In this document: one piece after another, positions 24,249-38,157 of the stretch
Position numbering within the stretch: the stretch's first letter is position 1
Layout: each line of letters opens with the position of its first letter
Origin: Utricularia gibba
Taxonomy: Eukaryota; Plantae; Magnoliophyta
DNA: 64,000 nucleotides
Reading direction: 5' to 3'
NCBI GenBank assembly: GCA_002189035.1
Contig: NEEC01000011.1
Coordinates: 1,488,001-1,552,000, forward strand
Position numbers and translations under genes: made by a program
Notes under the pieces: generated by a model
Told to the model about the DNA's origin: nothing
The model's input: the letters and a program-made list of their open reading frames with translations, nothing else
Databases searched by the model: none

Positions 24249-27200
24249 GAGGGGGATCGGGTAGACGAAGGTGCAGGAGTCATACGGTGTGCCGTGTCCG
24301 GTCCTCACACGAAAAGCAACGGAAGCGGGTTTTTATGAATTAGTTATCCTATGATTAGTATCTCCTTGTATTTATTACAATTAAATGCTCCCCATTTGCT
24401 GGTTTTTAGTGGGTTAATGACTCACTAAACACACCCTAATCCATGATTAAATAACTCTGGTAAACTTGGCAACACAAGGGACAGGCGCTCACTGACACGC
24501 AAAATGGTGATACGTACACCTGCACTTGCAGCGAAATAAATAAATAAGACCCTGGATTTTAAATAAATAAACTCCCAAATGCAAACGCTGTCGTTTTGGG
24601 GGGAACACCACCTAATCTCTGCTTTCGCATCTCACGGCTCCCTTGGTGCAGCAGAATTGGTAGATTCCTCTGGAGGCGGATCGGATCTAACCCACATAAT
24701 AATTAGCATCCTCAATTTGGTGCCTCTTTTTTTAATTTAATTAAAAAATTCCCGGTTAATTTAGGTGTTTTTTTAGTTCATGGAGCAATCCCGACCCGGA
24801 ACATATGCACGAGACACTGTTTTTATCATATAATACTACAAATGAGATCTGACATTTCTGACCATGGACGGTCCGGGCCAATTACCTCACCACATGCGCA
24901 TCTGTGCACTACCACCAAAGGGCGTTTTCGTAAAAATTAGTTAGAAACCTCATCACCTACACTTAACTTTTTAACTTTAGCGTGCAATAATGAAAGTTAA
25001 AATTGTATTTTTTAGATACAAATACACTTTCTTGACTACTGATCCTAATATATTAAATTAGATAAATATAAATGAAATCTAAATATACAATAAATATAGA
25101 TTATATTTAATAAAAATTAGTTTAAATCGATTATTAATGATTTATAATTTATTATATAATTGATTATTTCACTTTTAAATCTTATTATTTACTTTGTGAA
25201 CTTTATTTCATGTTCTTTAGTTGATTACTACGAATCCACTAAGAAGGCCGATGGGGAATGGCTAGTTGTTTTCGTCGAGCTTCAAGTAGCGGTTTCTCAA
25301 TAACTCCGACCTTTGTACTTGCGTATGCGATAGTGGGAGATGTTGGGAGGGGGACAAGGATGGTCCCGCCCAGTTGCTTCTCGCCATAACCATTTTTCCC
25401 TTTTGCTTCATGTCTCATGGCGCATCACCCATCCTCTTTCACTACCAAGAACCTAACACAAAAAAGTAGTCAATTTATCAATCAAACCCATGTCTCCTCT
25501 CCTGAATCCAGCCCTAACCCATCATTCAAAATCTCCATTATTATTCCAGATGCCTTCTTAATTACCCCATCTACTCCCTTTAATACAGTGATTAACTGAG
25601 GATGCTCATGTCTAAACATGTCGCTGCCACCCTTTTCCCTCTTAATTTATTTCGTTTTAAAAAAGATACTTTTCTTCGCGTAATGAATGGCTTGCTTTTG
25701 GGGAATTAAAAAGAAGAAAGGATAATAGTTCCAGGGATAAGGAGAGGTAGGGATCATGGAGTGATGGATGATGCATGTGGCGTGGCTGTGATGGGGCATA
25801 TGCATGGGACAACAGCATGCATACATGGGGAACGGGCCCGGCTCGCGCTCTGAGCTGTAGTGTGGTTCATCCCCCGACCCGGTGGGGTGCATGTCATGTG
25901 CCTCCCCATGCCCATGTTTCAATGTGTTTTTTTGTTATTTAATTCAAATCCATATCATAAATCGGAGGGAAATTATTGACAGCCGATCCGGATTCCGATC
26001 TTTTTTGCAGTTAAAAGGTGTCGGACGCGGCTGTTATAAATGTCATCGTGTCCAATATTGAAGAATAATTTTCTCTTAAAAAAATTGACATTTACACCAT
26101 GTTATAGAGGTGTGGATATTTGAATTCTAAGATACACGTATTAATAATCTCAAGCAAATCAAGCAACAATAATAGTCATGTAAATACTATATAATCTCAA
26201 GTATGTATTTCTATCAATTTCTAATCATACAAAGCTTAAAAATCTGAAGGCGATTCTAGAAAATAAGATTTTCTAGTAAAAACAAGAATAATCATATAAT
26301 CTTATTCTCTGATTTTAATATAGAACAGTTAAAGACTAGAATATTTAAAAATTAAATAAAATTGTTAATAATTTAGCTTTGAAATAGGTGAATAAGGATT
26401 GGGCACACGCGCAGATTTAATGGAGAGAATGTAGCAAATGTTACTGAATTTACATTGGGGTGCCGATAGGGTGAAAGGTGTCCGACACGTGATTCACCCT
26501 TAACGCGGCCGTGTCCGATCTTGTCTATTTATGGAATGCTACCATATTGCTTGGATGCTGGAATAGCTTGTAATTATGATTGGGGTACTGATATTAATGA
26601 TGTCGATTGTCACTTATAAATAATATTTATGAGTTATTCGCTCACTAGTTTATTCCATTATTTTTATATTTTATTGAATAATTTAAGATAATGTTGGAAT
26701 ATCCGTTTCAGGTCTCCCTCCCGATATACATGCTTCAAGATTATTTCTCCATACCCTCATCTCGATTATTTGGAAACCATATCTTCTATTATTGTATGCC
26801 AAATGGTGTTTCTAATGATAGGGTCGAAAAACTATGATCGAACGACTTGCTTATTACATACCCCTTAACCCCATTGAACTTCATACTCCACGTATTAAGA
26901 ATTTACATATTTTAAAGGTAGTTTGATAGTAAAATATCAATATGTTTAAATATAATGTAATCAATTATATACAACATTTGATATTCGAGAATAAAAATTT
27001 GAATATGTGACTTATATAGATATAATCAATACATTTATTCCTCGTTTATTTATATATATTACTTACATGTTCAAAAAATGAGTATATCAATAACATAATT
27101 ATATAGGATTAATATACATATACTAGTTAATAAAACAATGATATATGTGTAAATTTAAGTATAAATCTTTTATACTATAATATCAAACACTCTTTTAAAA

Positions 27201-27614
27201 GCCTGAAATACGATATCAACTCCACCTCCATTCGAATGTTTTGGGTAGGAATTCGACCCATCTGGTGCCGGCAATTCAATCCAACATCGCATATGTAAAG
27301 GAGGAGCCAAATGGAGTGGATTGCTAGTGTAGTGTAGTGCGATGGCCTGGTGCTGTCTCCATATTTGGGTTGTTATTGCCAACAAAATTTGGCGTATTTT
27401 TTAAGAGGTGGGCGGTTGGAAATGGTCCACACCCATGTTCCTTGTTCTATCAACTCATGTGCCAACCCCTTTAAAGTGCAAGTGATGATGTAGTGGGATT
27501 GCTTCATATCCCATCTCTATGCCAATCCAACACGGATACACCCTCACGAAAAAGGACAACTCCGATCGTGGCTTGTTTCTTCAGGGCAATTCCATGGCTG
27601 TCGGAGGAGGCCTT

Positions 27615-27615
<1 letters not shown>

Positions 27616-27655
<40 letters not shown>
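27616..27655. repeat. (CA)20 microsatellite
   Basis: Direct inspection. Confidence 0.95.
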
Positions 27656-27657
<2 letters not shown>

Positions 27658-28184
27658 CACTCACTCAACAACCAGAGATCGAATTTCCACTCCCATTTTC
27701 GATCAATGTCTTCTTCTACATGGGATGGCATCGAAATAAAGTTCTTCATTGAACATTTTGAACTCCCAACTCTTTAGGGGTCCATAAGGAGTTAATACGT
27801 GACTTAGGTGTGTTGACTGAAAAAAGAACAATAACACTCAGAATCAATAAACCATAGATTCAATAATTCATATGCTAAGGATATTCGGATAGGATGCAAT
27901 TGAATTCACAAAATTAGGAAACGGTTGTGATCTAATCCCATCCTCAGACTAGTAAATTGGCTTTGGTGATCCAAGACCAAGCAATTATTATATTAAACTT
28001 ATTCTATCAATACACGAATTGTTGAAATAATCCACCAGACGATGATTAATGGAATGCATGCCCATGCAGTAACAACAATAGTACTAATAATCAGAAACCA
28101 TCTTCTGAGACATGTACGGGGCTGCTGGCATCTACTTTTCACTCTCTCCTTTTACCCTTTCTTTCACCCCCACCACTATTTTTT

Positions 28185-31100
28185 GTACAAATTCCTTATC
28201 ACACCAATACTTGGAGAGAATTCCAAGTTCTAACCAACTTTGTCTTTTAGTGGTATATTTCATTTCCACATCATAATTTTTTATTTAATTTTTATACAAA
28301 AATTCAATAATCATTTTTTATTTATATTTTACACGAAAATTCAAATAAATAATATATTATATTTTTTTTAATATTATATTATAATCAATTGTTCAACACA
28401 ATAATACATACGTGACATTAACATGTTTAGATTTTAGCATTAAAATTCTGTAAAAAGTTTGGTGTAACATTATATTAATTTATCTTTTTTTCAATTCAAA
28501 ATTAAAAAACGAATCAATAGTACAAATGTGATACTTACATGTTCAGAAATAGCATTAAAATTCTGAAAAAAGTTTGGTGTAACATTATATTAATTTATCT
28601 TTTTTCCAATTCAAAATTAAAAAACGAATTAATAGTACAAATGTGATACTGACATGTTCAGAAATAGCATTAAAATTCTGAAAAAAGTTTGGTATAATAA
28701 TAAATTAATTTGTTATTTTTTCAATTCAAAATTAAAAAACGAAACAATATTACACATGTGATACTGATATGTTCAGATTTTAACATTAAAATTCTGAAAA
28801 AGTTTGGTGTAATATTAAATTCATTTGTCTTTTTTCCAATTCAAAATTCAAAAATGAATCAATAGTACACATGTGATACTGACATGTTCAAATTTTAAAA
28901 TTAAAATTCTGAAAAAGTTTGGTGTAATATTAAATTCATTTGTCTTTTTTCCAATTCAAAATTCAAAAACGAAGTATATAATCAAATACACATCTCATAT
29001 CATCATTCTTTCTCTTTTTTTTCTCTTACAATTTCAATGGCTTCCTCTCCAATTGAGATCCGGTTGTACTGGGGAGGTAACTTGTTTTATGGAAACAATG
29101 GTATGTGCTATGATTCACCACCACGATTTTCTGCTTGGGTTGCTCGGGATACCTCAATATCCATGCTGCTGTCGTTGATTTATGAAGTTATGCAACTATC
29201 TTCAATTGAGTATTCTATTACCATCATTGTGAATTATGTTGCTATGGATTCAACAATGGGTTTTCAGAGGTACTGCCATCCTCTTGATCAAACGGATGAT
29301 AGTTTGTCTTTGATTTTTAATCAAAGTCGTATGGTTTCAAGTGTTGATATCTATATTAGTGCAATTCCAAGTTTCATGAATTTGATCATTCAACAACACA
29401 CTGGTATGTAATTTTTTTTCCAAATAACATTTATTATTATTAGTTTTAAATTACATTTTGGATATTTTTTTGAATTTATATGATTAAATTATGCTAATGA
29501 TATATTTTAAGTTTTATTTCTAGTTAATGTTGGAGAAGCATCAACCAATCATAATAATCCATGCACTTCAACAACATATCACAATTTTTCACCACCAGAA
29601 TCACCTTGTGATGAAAACATATTATGGGATTCGGATAATTTATGTGAGGAAGATGCTACTGAGCAAGCTGAAAACGAAATGATGCAAGAAGTAATTCCAT
29701 CTCCACTTTCTTCAAGTGATGATGATGAACAAATAGAAGGCAGGTTTTATGAAAGCGATGTGGCAATGGAAGTTCCAACAGCAGTTGAGTTTGAAAAGAC
29801 TTTAAACTTCTATGATGGGACAAACGATGATCCATGCAAGGGGGTTTTCTTCAAAGATAAAACTTTAATGAAGGTAGCATTGAATTATTATTGTATCACG
29901 AAGCTGAAAAGGCCTTTTCATGTTGAGAAGAGCAACAACGAGTAGTATGAAATAAACTGTATCAATCAAAATGCAACACCTCCATGTGAATGGCGTGTTA
30001 GGGTATGGAATAGCAGTGTCACTCAGTTTTGGACTGTGACACAATATGAGAGGCCTCATACTTGCTTTTCTAGCATTTCCAGAACTGCTAGAAATGATAG
30101 CATTACTAGCAACTTTGTGTCTCTTCATATTATGAACAAGGTTAAAGCGAATCCAGGGATACGTGTTTCTGATGTCATTGATGATATTGATGAAGTTTAT
30201 CATTTTAAGATATCATATAAGCTTGGATGGATTGCTATTAGGCGTGCTATCATGCATATGTATGGTACTTGGGAGGAATCGGTGACAAAGCTCCCTTCTT
30301 ATTTGTTATCTATTAAGGAATCTAATCCAGGTAAGTCATTTTTATTATTTTACAAATATTGATGTTTGTTTACTAACATATTTGTTTTATCACAGATACT
30401 ATGTTTGAATATGAGAATCTTCGTTCTCATGATGGCAAGCAAATGCTACACCATATATTTTGGGCTTTTGGATCATGCGTCCATGCTTTTAGGTATTGTC
30501 GTCCGGTTATTACTGTTGATGGAACACATCTATATGCAGGATATAGATATCACCTTCTAATAGCATGCACACTTGATGTTGACCGCACTATAATTCCACT
30601 TGCATTTGCTATTGTTGAGGAAGAATCTTATGAATCCTGCTATTGGTTTTTTAACCTTTTGGTTAAGCATATCGTGAAAGGACGTCGTATTTGTCTAATA
30701 ACTGATCGTGGTGCAGGATTATTATCTGCGATTAAGGATATACTTGCTTTCAATGAGCCTATAGGAGATTATAGATTTTGTATGCAACATCTACTTGCAA
30801 ATTTTATATCCCATTTCAGGTCGAAACATTTGGTTAATTTATTTTGGGAAGCTGTCTTGACTTCAAAAAAAGAAAAGTTTCAGATAGCTATGCAGAAAAT
30901 CATAAATAAGAATGAGGCAACATTTGAGTATCTCCATGAAATCGATCCAAAGCGATGGACATTATCATATGATGATGGCATTAGGTAACTTGAAATGGAA
31001 TAATTTTATTCATATTATTACTATGTTAACTTTATATTTCTTATTTTTGCAGATGTGGTGTGCATACCACAAGTATCTCTGAATCATTAAATAGTGTTTT

Positions 31101-32121
31101 ACGTGGGGCACGAAGATTACCTCCAAAAGCTCTTGTTGAGGCAACTTTCGAGAGATGTGTAAAGATTTTCACAAACAGTAAAGCGAAGATAGATTTACTC
31201 ATGGAAAGGGTCAATTGCTTACTCTATATTCACTATCTGTTTATAGGAAATGTGATGACAAATCAATCAACTACAGGATCGAGAAATACAATGCAAAGAA
31301 AATGAGTGTCACTGTGATGTCTCGAAGCAAAAATTCTAGAAAAAACACACATTATTATATTGTTTGTTTGACAGATTTGACATGTACTTGTGGAAAGTGG
31401 CAGCAAAAAGTTATTCCATGTTCACATGCTATTCAGGTAAGAATTATCTTTTGATGTATTATGTTATTTGTAATATTATAACAGTTGTTAATTTTATTTT
31501 TCTCTTAGCTATACAAGGAATTCAATGAAGATGCAAGTTCTTATATTTCAAAATATTATCAAGTGAAGACCCTTGTAAAAATATACAAAAGTCAATTTAA
31601 TCCACCAATTCCTGAGACTGGATGGGGTGCATCTCCATTTGATCTTGTTCACAATCTTGCAAGAAGAGTGAATACCAGAGGTTGTGCTAGATCAACACCA
31701 TTTTCAAGCAGCTTAACTCATATACATTCGAAGAGAAGATGAAGAGTTGATTAATTTCAATTTTAGATATTTTCGAAAATGTGTTTTTGAGACTTTGGGA
31801 TTTTAATTCGAATAATATTGTTTATGCATTTATTAAATATTTTATTACATAATTTTTGCATATATTTAATTGTTATGTTTTAATTTATTGATTAATATAA
31901 ATATTGTAATATAATTATATTGTAATATATTATATTTAAATTTTTTAATATAAAATATGATTAAATATATATTTTTTTAGAAAAGTATGCATTTATATGA
32001 ATTTTCGTGCAAAAATAAATAAGAAATGATGATGTGTAAATGAAATAAACCACAAAATGACAAAGTTGGCTAGAACTTGAAATTATCTCTCCAAATATTG
32101 GTGTGATAAAGAATTTCCCCC
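28185..32121 (+). mobile_element. Mutator-like element (MULE), 3.9 kb, with long TIRs, 9-bp TSD and a disrupted MuDR transposase
   Basis: TIRs of at least 130 bp (left AAATTCCTTATCACACCAATACTTGGAGAG..., right reverse complement AAATTCTTTATCACACCAATATTTGGAGAG...). Identical CTATTTTTT at 28176-28184 and 32122-32130. Transposase motifs ITVDGTH, LITDRG, FCMQH, SISESLN and SWIM finger CTCGKWQQKVIPCSHA. In-frame TAG at 29943-29945 and a frameshift near 31200. Confidence 0.93.
28421..28975. repeat. Tandem array of ~5 x 115 bp inside the left arm of the MULE
   Basis: Units start at 28421, 28537, 28652, 28767 and 28882 (ACATGTTCAG...ATTAAAATTCTGAAAAAAGTTTGGTG...CAATTCAAAATT...TGTGATACT). Confidence 0.9.
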
Positions 32122-34330
32122 CTATTTTTTACCCCGACACTTTCCTCCATTTCCTATCTAAGTATGGGTATTTGACAGAGTTGGGGCCCGTGAGCTGATG
32201 TGCAGGAAAAAAGTATGTGAACTGGGGGAGTTAGATTAGGGTTGGGTTCCGAGTAGAAGAAGCATGGCATGGGATGGAGACATTATTGGAAATGGAAGGA
32301 AAGCGATGATACTTTTAACTCGGCTTTTCACTCAGACTTTAGGTACACGTCACCTTTCATCACATGCTGGTGCAAGTAGCCGGGACTGGGACTGGGACTG
32401 GGAAGGTCCCTTTGCTTTATCGCGACACTACATACGATTGCTAAACCAAACTCATGGCTGCCTTCTCTGCTCTGCTCTCTCCTCTCCCGTCTCCTTATTT
32501 GCTTGTTCCGATGGCTTTCGGAATCACCATCCCGTTTTCATACTTTCATTCTCAAAGCCACGTAAAATATAATTAGGAACCATAAACTCAAACACATTAA
32601 TATGATTCCAAACACAACACACAGGTTTCCTAACAAAGGTATTTATAGTTCGGAATAATAAACTATACCTACATTTGAAAAAATCACTCCATAATTGATT
32701 TTAATAGAATTAAGAATTCTGATAGAATGAGACTTCATATATGTTTAGAATTATTATTTTTTTTAGAATAAATGTTATAGAATAAATTCATGTTTAAAAT
32801 ATAAAAAATGAGAATTCATATTAAAATTATAATTTAAAACATAAGGTAATTAAATTATTTAAAAGTAATTCTCCAAAATTAATTCTCATATAATAGAATT
32901 TGAAATAAGTTTAAAAGAAAGAATTGATTTTGAATAAAATTAATTATGATGATTTCCAAAGGTTTGATTATAAAACCAGGGTACAAAGTACAGACACACG
33001 GGTGCCCAAACCCACCCCTTTTTCGAGGCCCGCCGCACCTTTAGCCAAAGATAGTTTGGGCCTGTTATGGGCCTACCTTGGATGTATTTGGGCTTGGGAC
33101 TAATCACTAAGAAGCCTTTCAGTATCAAAATTAGGTTGGTGTAGGTCATTTTGGGCCGTATGTGCACGTATATCTTCTTTTATTTGATAGAGCATGAGAG
33201 ATTATTTTGTACTATATGAATCATTATTTTGCTAAGAATTGATTTGTTATACTATACATTAGTTATTATTACAATTTATTTATTTCTTTCTTGATTTATG
33301 ATAAAATACAAAATAATCTATTATATGGATTAATTCCATAATTCAAAATAGAATATTACCCTTCCATTCCAGAAAACATTTAATTCAATGATCAATTTTA
33401 TTATTTTTCAAGAAGATTTTCTACCTTCAATTTCACTATTTTTTTGCATATCTAATTGAGACCATATAACAGAAAATGGTGTAAAAAAAAAGAAAGTGTC
33501 AATAAAAACAAAGGAGCTCATATAAAAAATTTATTTCATCATGAGTATTTCAATTTATTTAAATTAACTACACACACGTCTCTAATGAATAAATTAAAAG
33601 TTGATTGGAAAAAAAAGAAAGAAAAGAAAACCAAAACTAAAACCGGAGCGTGTAGCTTCAACTTCGATAATGGTCAATTATGGTGCTAGGGCACTCAGTT
33701 TCCACGCCTAAGATTAATTAATTAATGCCTAGAGCGTAATTAATTGATCTAAGAAGTAAAGATATTATCATATGATTTTTTTATAAAACATCTTCAATGT
33801 TATAAATGATGAAAAAGACTGTAAATTAATTGTACGAACAGTTTTATCCAATTTAACCAGACTATTATTATGAATATTTTATTATACAAAATGAATTAAA
33901 AAGCGTGGAAACAAACCTTGTCGCACCACACACGCCTTTCTTCCAAGAATGGAAATGGTGTCCTTTCCAGGCAATAAAATATTCATGCACGTAAATGCAT
34001 TGTCTGAATATTATTATGATAATTATTATTTCCAAAACACAGGCATTCAAGAATTTCTTCTAATTACTATTTATTAGAATTATTTAAACCATAAATATTA
34101 GAAGGATAAGGAAAATAGTTAGAACAAGCATTTGGAGGTGCCCCTTAGAAAAAATGCATCTATTATTGAATTATAATATCACATTTCTTTTTTTTTTTCT
34201 TTCTCGTTAGAACAACGACAAATATGTAATAGAGTGGCGGATTCCGATCATTAGCATGGAATATGTAATGTAGAAAGTAAGGGACGTAGCTTAATGCTGC
34301 AATTACCGATAAACCCTTCTCCCTGATCGC

Positions 34331-34720
34331 TTACCAGAAGGCCGTGATCGCTAACAGGATCAACGGCATGGCGGATCCGATGGAAAGGCGCCTGCCGGAG
34401 TTGGGGTACGACGTCGACGGATACAAGTCTCCGGGTGGTCCACTTATGATAATGTAAGGAGGCCCAGGTGGGTCCCAGCACCCTCCGCACGCTGGCGGTG
34501 GAGGGGGTGGGCATTTTTTGACCGGGGGCGGAGGCGGAGGCGGACATAGCGAGGGTGGCGGAGGCGGAGGTGGAGACGGGAAACAAGGGAGGTTGCAGGG
34601 GCAGCCACCGCACTTGGTGCCGGGGTCGAGGCCGCCGTCGCCGTCGCCATCTTCGGCGTGAACTCCGAGTACCAAAACGGCGGCGAGCGTTAGATGCATC
34701 AGCCAGTTGATCCTCCCCAT
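34331..34720 (-). CDS. Short Cys/Pro-rich extensin-like (HRGP) protein, 129 aa, single exon
   Basis: Signal peptide, Cys cluster [25 protein letters not shown] blocks, Y..SGPPGDLYP motif and hydrophobic C-terminus (possible GPI signal). Confidence 0.85.
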   Translation of the reverse strand: MGRINWLMHLTLAAVLVLGVHAEDGDGDGGLDPGTKCGGCPCNLPCFPSPPPPPPPSLCPPPPPPPVKKCPPPPPPACGGCWDPPGPPYIIISGPPGDLYPSTSYPNSGRRLSIGSAMPLILLAITAFW

Positions 34721-35552
34721 GGAAGAGAAGTCGGAGATGGAGAAGGGGTGTTGAGAAATGTATGTCCTAACAACGCCTACTTAGGGCGTGGGAAGAAAGA
34801 ACTGTGGCGGAGAAAAGTAAATAAAATAATCGAGCCCTTTTCCCTACCTGTAAATGTACATGAATATACAGTAATTCAATTAAATTTGGAAAATCACCAA
34901 TCAAATCTCCTAATGAATATAGCATTTTTCCAACATTAATTTAAAATTCAAGTATTAATCAACACACAAAGTACTCCTGTCCAAAAATCACTTTTCAAGT
35001 GGCATGAGTTCTTACAAATTGTTCCCTGGCAATAGTTCTTACAAATCACTTTTGGGAGACATTGAATGATTTATACCTCCTGCCCACTAATTCATGCATC
35101 GGGAATGATGGAATGGAAAGCAAGCCATTTATTGTGAATCATATGAAAAGCCTTCCATATCAAGTGCTGTGCCAAAACGAACCTCAATTATTTACTTCTC
35201 CAACTATTCTATACACTTCATTTCATGTCATGCCCCTCAGAATCAACAACGAGAATAAGTCATTACGCACTTATTTTTGTATAATATCACTCATTTCAAG
35301 CATCCAATCATCACAGTTTTAAATTATCTTTTTTTTTTTGAGAAAAGTTCGATAAAATCTCTTATGTAAAATCAAAAGAATTATTCTATTTAAATATATT
35401 CTCTCCTTCATCTATAATTAATTTGAAATATTACCAGTAGGCCTCTGCCCTTACATTTAATAAGGTGTTGGTCTTGAAAATTATTGTTTGGTAGCCAACT
35501 TTATGTAATTCAAAAACTGATTTCCAATGGGGTGAGGTGATTTCATCCACAA

Positions 35553-35574
35553 GTGTGTGTGTGTGTGTGTGTGT
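35553..35574. repeat. (GT)11 microsatellite
   Basis: Direct inspection. Confidence 0.9.
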
Positions 35575-36995
35575 TTATTTTGATGTCCCTTAGAAAGAAT
35601 GCATAATGAGAAGTAAAGAATAGAGGGATGTGGGAGTGTGCAGCATGTGGCATAGCCCAACCTAATGCCACTGGGATTTCAATAATGGAGAGGTTTGGTT
35701 GTTTTACTTGGAAGTCAAGAGGAGTGGAGAGGAGCATTTCGTGTGGGTAGAAAAGGCGAAGGAAGCCAGCTCTTCGTGATCCACCCACCCCACACGCCCC
35801 TAACCACTTCTATTCATATTTTTATATATATAATTATTACTAGCTCATAACAAATTTGAATTTTTATTTTTTAATAATGTTAAAATTAGTAATCATTTTT
35901 TGTATTTTGTATAGCAATTCCTTTTTTATTGAAGTTGGTCTAAGGAATCGTTTGATAGTAAAGTATTAGTATATTTAAATATAATACAATTAAGTATGTA
36001 TAATCGATAATGTTTGATATACGAAAATAAAAGTTTGAGTATAGAACTAGTATATACTAGATTCCCTTTGCATTTATATATATACTCAAAAAATAAATAT
36101 GTCAGCGATATAATCATATAAAATTGATATACTTATTCTAATAAATCAAACAATGGCATATGTATACATAGATATAAATTTTCTATAATCTCTTATCAAA
36201 CGGCTCCTAAGTGTGGCTCCATCCGTGTTTGATGTTATTGAGCCAATCCAACTTTTTTATATACGTTTTGAAGAATGAAAAATCATGATTTAATGCATTT
36301 TTTAGATCCAATCAGAACATTTTATAATTTAATTATTATCGACATTTTAAAATGGATGGATCCAAACATGTTCTGTTGATCGCACCTCGAATATTAGTAT
36401 TATAAAAATGATGTTTTGAATATTTTTTAATTGATTCTTTTATTTTGGTGATCAGTATAGATCTAATAAATATTAAATATTGAGACTGTAGCAAAAGAAA
36501 AATGCTTAATAACTTTCATTTAATGAACACAAAATCTATAAGAACAAGATTGACAAGAAAAAATTACACATTCTCCATTGATTGGTAGGATATAAATATC
36601 CAATATTGAGGTTACACAAGCATTCTATCAGTGTAACAAAAACAAAATAAAAGGTCTAATAATCTAGACCAGTGGTTTTAACTACAAAATCATTTCATGA
36701 TAAAAAAGGATTTTTTCCAATAACTTTCAATCTTATTTGAATTGAGGTTAATCTCCAACAATCAGTAATCTTATTTGAAAATAATATTAATATTAATATA
36801 AATATAATAATAACTATTTAATTTTTAAATATAACTTTTAAATCCATAAATATTTAAATTAAATATGCACAATTACTTAACAAATGATTTCGGTAAGAGT
36901 TTCAAAAATCGAAACAAATTTAATATAGAAATAATATATTGTTATTTTTTTTCATATTTCATATTGCCGTGGGTGGAGGAGCTAACTGCATGTGT

Positions 36996-37029
36996 AATAT
37001 GAAATATGAAATATTTCATATTTCATATT
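36996..37029. repeat. 34-bp perfect spacerless palindrome built from 7-mers
   Basis: AATATGAAATATGAAAT followed directly by ATTTCATATTTCATATT. Confidence 0.9.
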
Positions 37030-38157
37030 TCACAAGCCCATGTGGATTTTCTTATTGGGCCTAACGAGTTAAGTATTGCGCTGTGTAACAATATCTCAGC
37101 CCAACTAACATCATTCTTATGCTTCCCATTCCGTGCAGCACGTATTGATCTGCTGCACCTATCACTAGGCTAGTTATAATATTTTTTTGTAATACTAATA
37201 ATAATTAATACGTATTCGAAATAATGAAAAATTAACTACACATTTTTTTTTTGTTATATGAATTATTTTCATCCAATCACCTATAAAAATTAATATTTCA
37301 TATATTTTTGTCCACTGGAAAATCATTTTGTAATTCGATTACAAATATTAAAAATGGCTTTTAATACCATTTGTAATAATCATAATATATATTTTATATT
37401 TTTCAATTTTATCAATTTAAAATACAAAATTTTGATGTGATATTTTTCTATCACAATGGAATAGAATTGAGCATAGTCGAATATCAATTTTATTTATATT
37501 CGTTTATTAAATTAATTAAATATGTATTTTGTTTATGCTATTCAAATAAAAATAAGCATAATTCAATCACGAGTTAATTTATTCATCATAACAAACTGTT
37601 ACCACTACCCACAAAATTATTTCCTGAAGAAAAAGTGTTCAATATCTCAGAATCCGACCCAGACGTCCACATCAGGTTAGTGGCTCCCGTCAAACGTGTT
37701 ACTTGCAATTGCTTTTTGACAAGTGGAAAAACGAATTAACCGCGGTTAACTTTGTTTTCTGGGTTTTACATGTTTCTTTTACCGCTCGTTGGAGAAAGGG
37801 GAGGGGGTCAAGAATGGGTGTAGTACAAGGGGGCCTAGTTGCGTTACATCTGCATGTGGAAAATATTGGCAGCAGCTGCAGCTTATGATCGCTGTCACAT
37901 TCCAGATTCTTGGTGGTCCTCATTTATTCCACTAGAGCAGTAGCAGTAACAGTACAAGCTCCCTCTGTTGATTCACCCTACTAGTCGTGTGCCAAGCCAC
38001 CACTATCTTGATCGCCTTGGGCCGTCTTCAACATTGAAAGATACAGAGGGGAAAACAGGGTTCTCAGAGCACAGTCAGACACACAGAGATACATGGACGT
38101 GACGACGGTAGCTAAAGGATTACTACATCATAGTTAACATGCTGCTTTGCTTCTTGA

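Noticed and set aside
28421-28975. 115-bp array as a CRISPR-like repeat-spacer array
   Set aside because: The units are full tandem copies with no unique spacers, inside a plant transposon; no cas genes.
32382-32403. (GGGACT)3 repeat, also seen in PIN intron 3, as a shared regulatory motif
   Set aside because: Short simple repeat with no flanking similarity between the two sites.
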